Origin: a phage
Length of the DNA: 920 nucleotides
Sequence record: AJ318417.1
Strand: one strand, 5' to 3'
Shown here: piece by piece, positions 1 through 920 of the stretch
Position numbering within the stretch: position 1 is the stretch's first letter
Layout of the letters: every line of letters starts with the position of its first letter
Notes under the pieces: model-generated
What the model was told of the DNA's origin: nothing
The model's database searches: none
The model's input: the letters and a program-made list of their open reading frames with translations, nothing else
Made by a program: the position numbers and the translations under genes

Positions 1-20
1 TAAGCAGAAAGCATAAGTTG

Positions 21-50
21 AGGACTCCTTCGGGAGTCCTTTTTTATTTT
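21..50 (+). terminator. Rho-independent terminator: 8-bp GC-rich stem with UUCG tetraloop followed by a T-run
   Basis: Seen in sequence: aggactcc (21..28) pairs perfectly with ggagtcct (33..40) around the loop ttcg (29..32), followed directly by tttttatttt (41..50). Stop triplets (taa) at 1..3 and 14..16 suggest an upstream + strand gene ends just before it, but that reading frame is not visible in the window. The minus-strand side has no T-run, so it appears unidirectional. Confidence 0.8.
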
Positions 51-69
51 CCAAAGATTGCATAAAGTT

Positions 70-99
70 GTTTACAGTATGGTTCCTTTGTGATAGTAT
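70..99 (+). promoter_or_regulatory. Putative sigma70 / T4-early-type promoter (P1) driving the 127..459 ORF
   Basis: Seen in sequence: -35-like gtttac/tttaca at 70..76, a 17-nt spacer, and a -10-like tagtat at 94..99 preceded by TG at 91..92 (extended -10-like). An A/T-rich tract lies upstream (41..69). The GTTTAC -35 form is the one described for T4 early promoters. The predicted start site near 106..108 is inferred, not demonstrated. Confidence 0.55.
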
Positions 100-113
100 T
101 ATCTTACACAAAC

Positions 114-120
114 AAAGGAG
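114..120 (+). promoter_or_regulatory. Shine-Dalgarno sequence (aaaggag) for the 127..459 ORF
   Basis: Seen in sequence: aaaggag lies 6 nt upstream of ATG at 127; the spacer aataaa is A-rich. Confidence 0.75.
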
Positions 121-126
121 AATAAA

Positions 127-459
127 ATGAAAACGATTAATCTGAACGCTGCAGTTAAAACTAAATGCTTCAATGGTAAATATGATGAAACTATGTGGTT
201 CTTAATGGCAGTTGAAGGTGATATTATTGAAGTAGAAACAACAGAAGGTATGGGAACAGATTTCACCTTTACAATTCAGGTTCATAATTTCTTTACTGGT
301 TGGATTTATGAATTGAATACAGTAATCGTTGGAAAAATTGAACAAAATGAATTAGGTGAATGGTATTATGTTACAGCTCGCCAACGTGCCGAACGCTTAA
401 TTGAGAAGATGAAAAAAGTCGGTAAACTTGACATGCAACACTGGAAAGTAGTAAAATAA
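127..459 (+). CDS. Hypothetical small phage protein, 110 aa; function unknown
   Basis: ORF from the six-frame track with ATG start, strong GGAG RBS at the correct spacing, its own upstream promoter and a TAA stop at 457..459. I verified the translation by hand against the track. The N-terminal ~80 residues are rich in aromatic and beta-branched residues, and the C-terminal ~30 residues are basic (RQRAERLIEKMKKVGK...). No family was recognised. Confidence 0.85.
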   Translation: MKTINLNAAVKTKCFNGKYDETMWFLMAVEGDIIEVETTEGMGTDFTFTIQVHNFFTGWIYELNTVIVGKIEQNELGEWYYVTARQRAERLIEKMKKVGKLDMQHWKVVK

Positions 460-461
460 TT

Positions 462-490
462 GTTTACTTTGGTACAGGATATGATATTAT
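462..490 (+). promoter_or_regulatory. Putative sigma70 / T4-early-type promoter (P2) driving the 528..893 ORF
   Basis: Seen in sequence: gtttac at 462..467 (context tgtttacttt matches the T4 early -35 motif), a 17-nt spacer (468..484), and tattat at 485..490 as the -10. It begins 2 nt after the stop codon of the upstream ORF. The start site is inferred to lie near 497..499. Confidence 0.55.
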
Positions 491-501
491 ATACCTGTAC
501 C
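471..501. repeat. Perfect 8-bp inverted repeat (ggtacagg / cctgtacc) enclosing a 15-nt AT-only loop that contains the P2 -10 element
   Basis: Seen in sequence: ggtacagg at 471..478 is the exact reverse complement of cctgtacc at 494..501; the loop at 479..493 is atatgatattatata. No T-run follows (gcaattaaacatc), so it is not a canonical intrinsic terminator. Possible roles are an RNA hairpin in read-through transcripts from P1 or a DNA-level operator for a dimeric protein. Confidence 0.6.
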
Positions 502-515
502 GCAATTAAACATCT

Positions 516-520
516 CGGAG
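516..520 (+). promoter_or_regulatory. Shine-Dalgarno sequence (cggag) for the 528..893 ORF
   Basis: Seen in sequence: ggag at 517..520 lies 7 nt upstream of ATG at 528. The context ggagaataaaaatg is nearly identical to the first ORF's initiation region ggagaataaaatg (117..129). Confidence 0.75.
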
Positions 521-527
521 AATAAAA

Positions 528-893
528 ATGAACTACATCAACTTTGAACGTAAATATGTTTCTAATGGTATTGCAGGTTCTATTGATACTATCTGCCTTT
601 GGAAACATCAAAATGGATCAGTATGCGAAATTGAACAGTATATGACTCCTAACTATGTTTATATGCGATTTGAAAATGGCATCACGGTTTCAATCACAAT
701 GGAAGGTTCCAACTTTAAAATCGCTCTGGATGATGATTTTCGTCAACGCGATTTAGGGACTCATCCTTGCTGGAATGGTGCTAATCGCAAGCTTTTGGTT
801 AAAACTTGGATTCGTCATATTCTGAGTAACAGAGCTAAACCTGAGCATCTTGAAGCAATCTTTGATGTAGTTCTTAACGAATTTGATATTTAA
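528..893 (+). CDS. Hypothetical small phage protein, 121 aa; function unknown
   Basis: ORF from the six-frame track with ATG start, GGAG RBS, its own upstream promoter and a TAA stop at 891..893, followed by a GC-rich hairpin. It contains Cys23, His27, Cys33, His79 and Cys81 (including a GTHPCWNG stretch). No family was recognised. Confidence 0.85.
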   Translation: MNYINFERKYVSNGIAGSIDTICLWKHQNGSVCEIEQYMTPNYVYMRFENGITVSITMEGSNFKIALDDDFRQRDLGTHPCWNGANRKLLVKTWIRHILSNRAKPEHLEAIFDVVLNEFDI

Positions 894-901
894 AATAAAT
901 G

Positions 902-920
902 AGGGGCTTTGGCCCCTATT
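902..920 (+). terminator. Probable transcription terminator hairpin after the second ORF, truncated by the window edge
   Basis: Seen in sequence: aggggc (902..907) pairs with gcccct (912..917) around the loop tttg (908..911); the window ends after att, so the + strand T-run cannot be confirmed. On the minus strand the stem would be followed by catttatttta, so it could be bidirectional or serve a convergent downstream gene. Confidence 0.5.

Noticed and set aside
1-20. 3' end of an upstream gene (taa at 1..3 or 14..16)
   Set aside because: Only stop triplets are visible, with no reading frame inside the window, so no feature can be supported. It is noted only as context for the terminator at 21..50.
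162-186. MotA-box-like sequence taaaTGCTTcA (162..172) with a -10-like tatgat (181..186), resembling a T4 middle promoter
   Set aside because: It lies inside ORF1. The box-to-hexamer gap is only about 8 nt, whereas middle promoters need roughly 11..13 nt between the MotA box and the -10. The TGCTT comes from codons AAA-TGC-TTC and is plausibly coincidental.
366-611. Minus-strand ORF of 81 aa from the six-frame track
   Set aside because: It overlaps both well-supported + strand ORFs and runs across the intergenic promoter and hairpin. It lacks a convincing RBS, and its translation is what would be expected from the antisense of AT-rich coding sequence. Most likely spurious.
897-920. ATG at 897..899 as a possible start of a downstream + strand gene
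   Set aside because: No Shine-Dalgarno sequence precedes it, and the following sequence is the GC-rich hairpin, which is better explained as a terminator. The window ends too soon to evaluate any ORF.
1-920. T4 late promoter motif (TATAAATA)
   Set aside because: I scanned for TATAAATA on the + strand upstream of both ORFs and found no exact match. The nearest A/T-rich strings (e.g. aaaataaatg at 891..900) do not fit. The promoters present are of the early (-35 plus -10) type.
1-920. tRNA, rRNA, CRISPR array, or transposase/integrase hallmarks
   Set aside because: No cloverleaf-compatible structure, no regularly spaced direct repeats and no terminal inverted repeats flanking the ORFs were found. 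The only repeats are the short hairpins and the duplicated initiation regions described above.

Overview
AT-rich, densely packed, single-strand-coding segment that looks like the early region of a T4-like (Tevenvirinae-type) phage. Two small + strand ORFs (110 aa at 127..459; 121 aa at 528..893) each sit behind their own sigma70/T4-early-type promoter (GTTTAC -35 element) and an almost identical GGAG-AATAAA(A)-ATG translation initiation region. The pair is bracketed by GC-rich stem-loops: a canonical intrinsic terminator at 21..50 and a hairpin at 902..917 whose downstream tail is cut by the window edge. I do not recognise either protein, so both are called hypothetical and no gene symbols are given. 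No tRNA, rRNA, CRISPR array or mobile-element hallmark is visible. The most notable signals are the cassette-like layout (stem-loop, early promoter, small ORF, repeated), which resembles the modular shuffling units described in T4-type hyperplastic regions, and a perfect 8-bp inverted repeat straddling the -10 of the second promoter. All functional assignments are inference from sequence only; no database search was possible.
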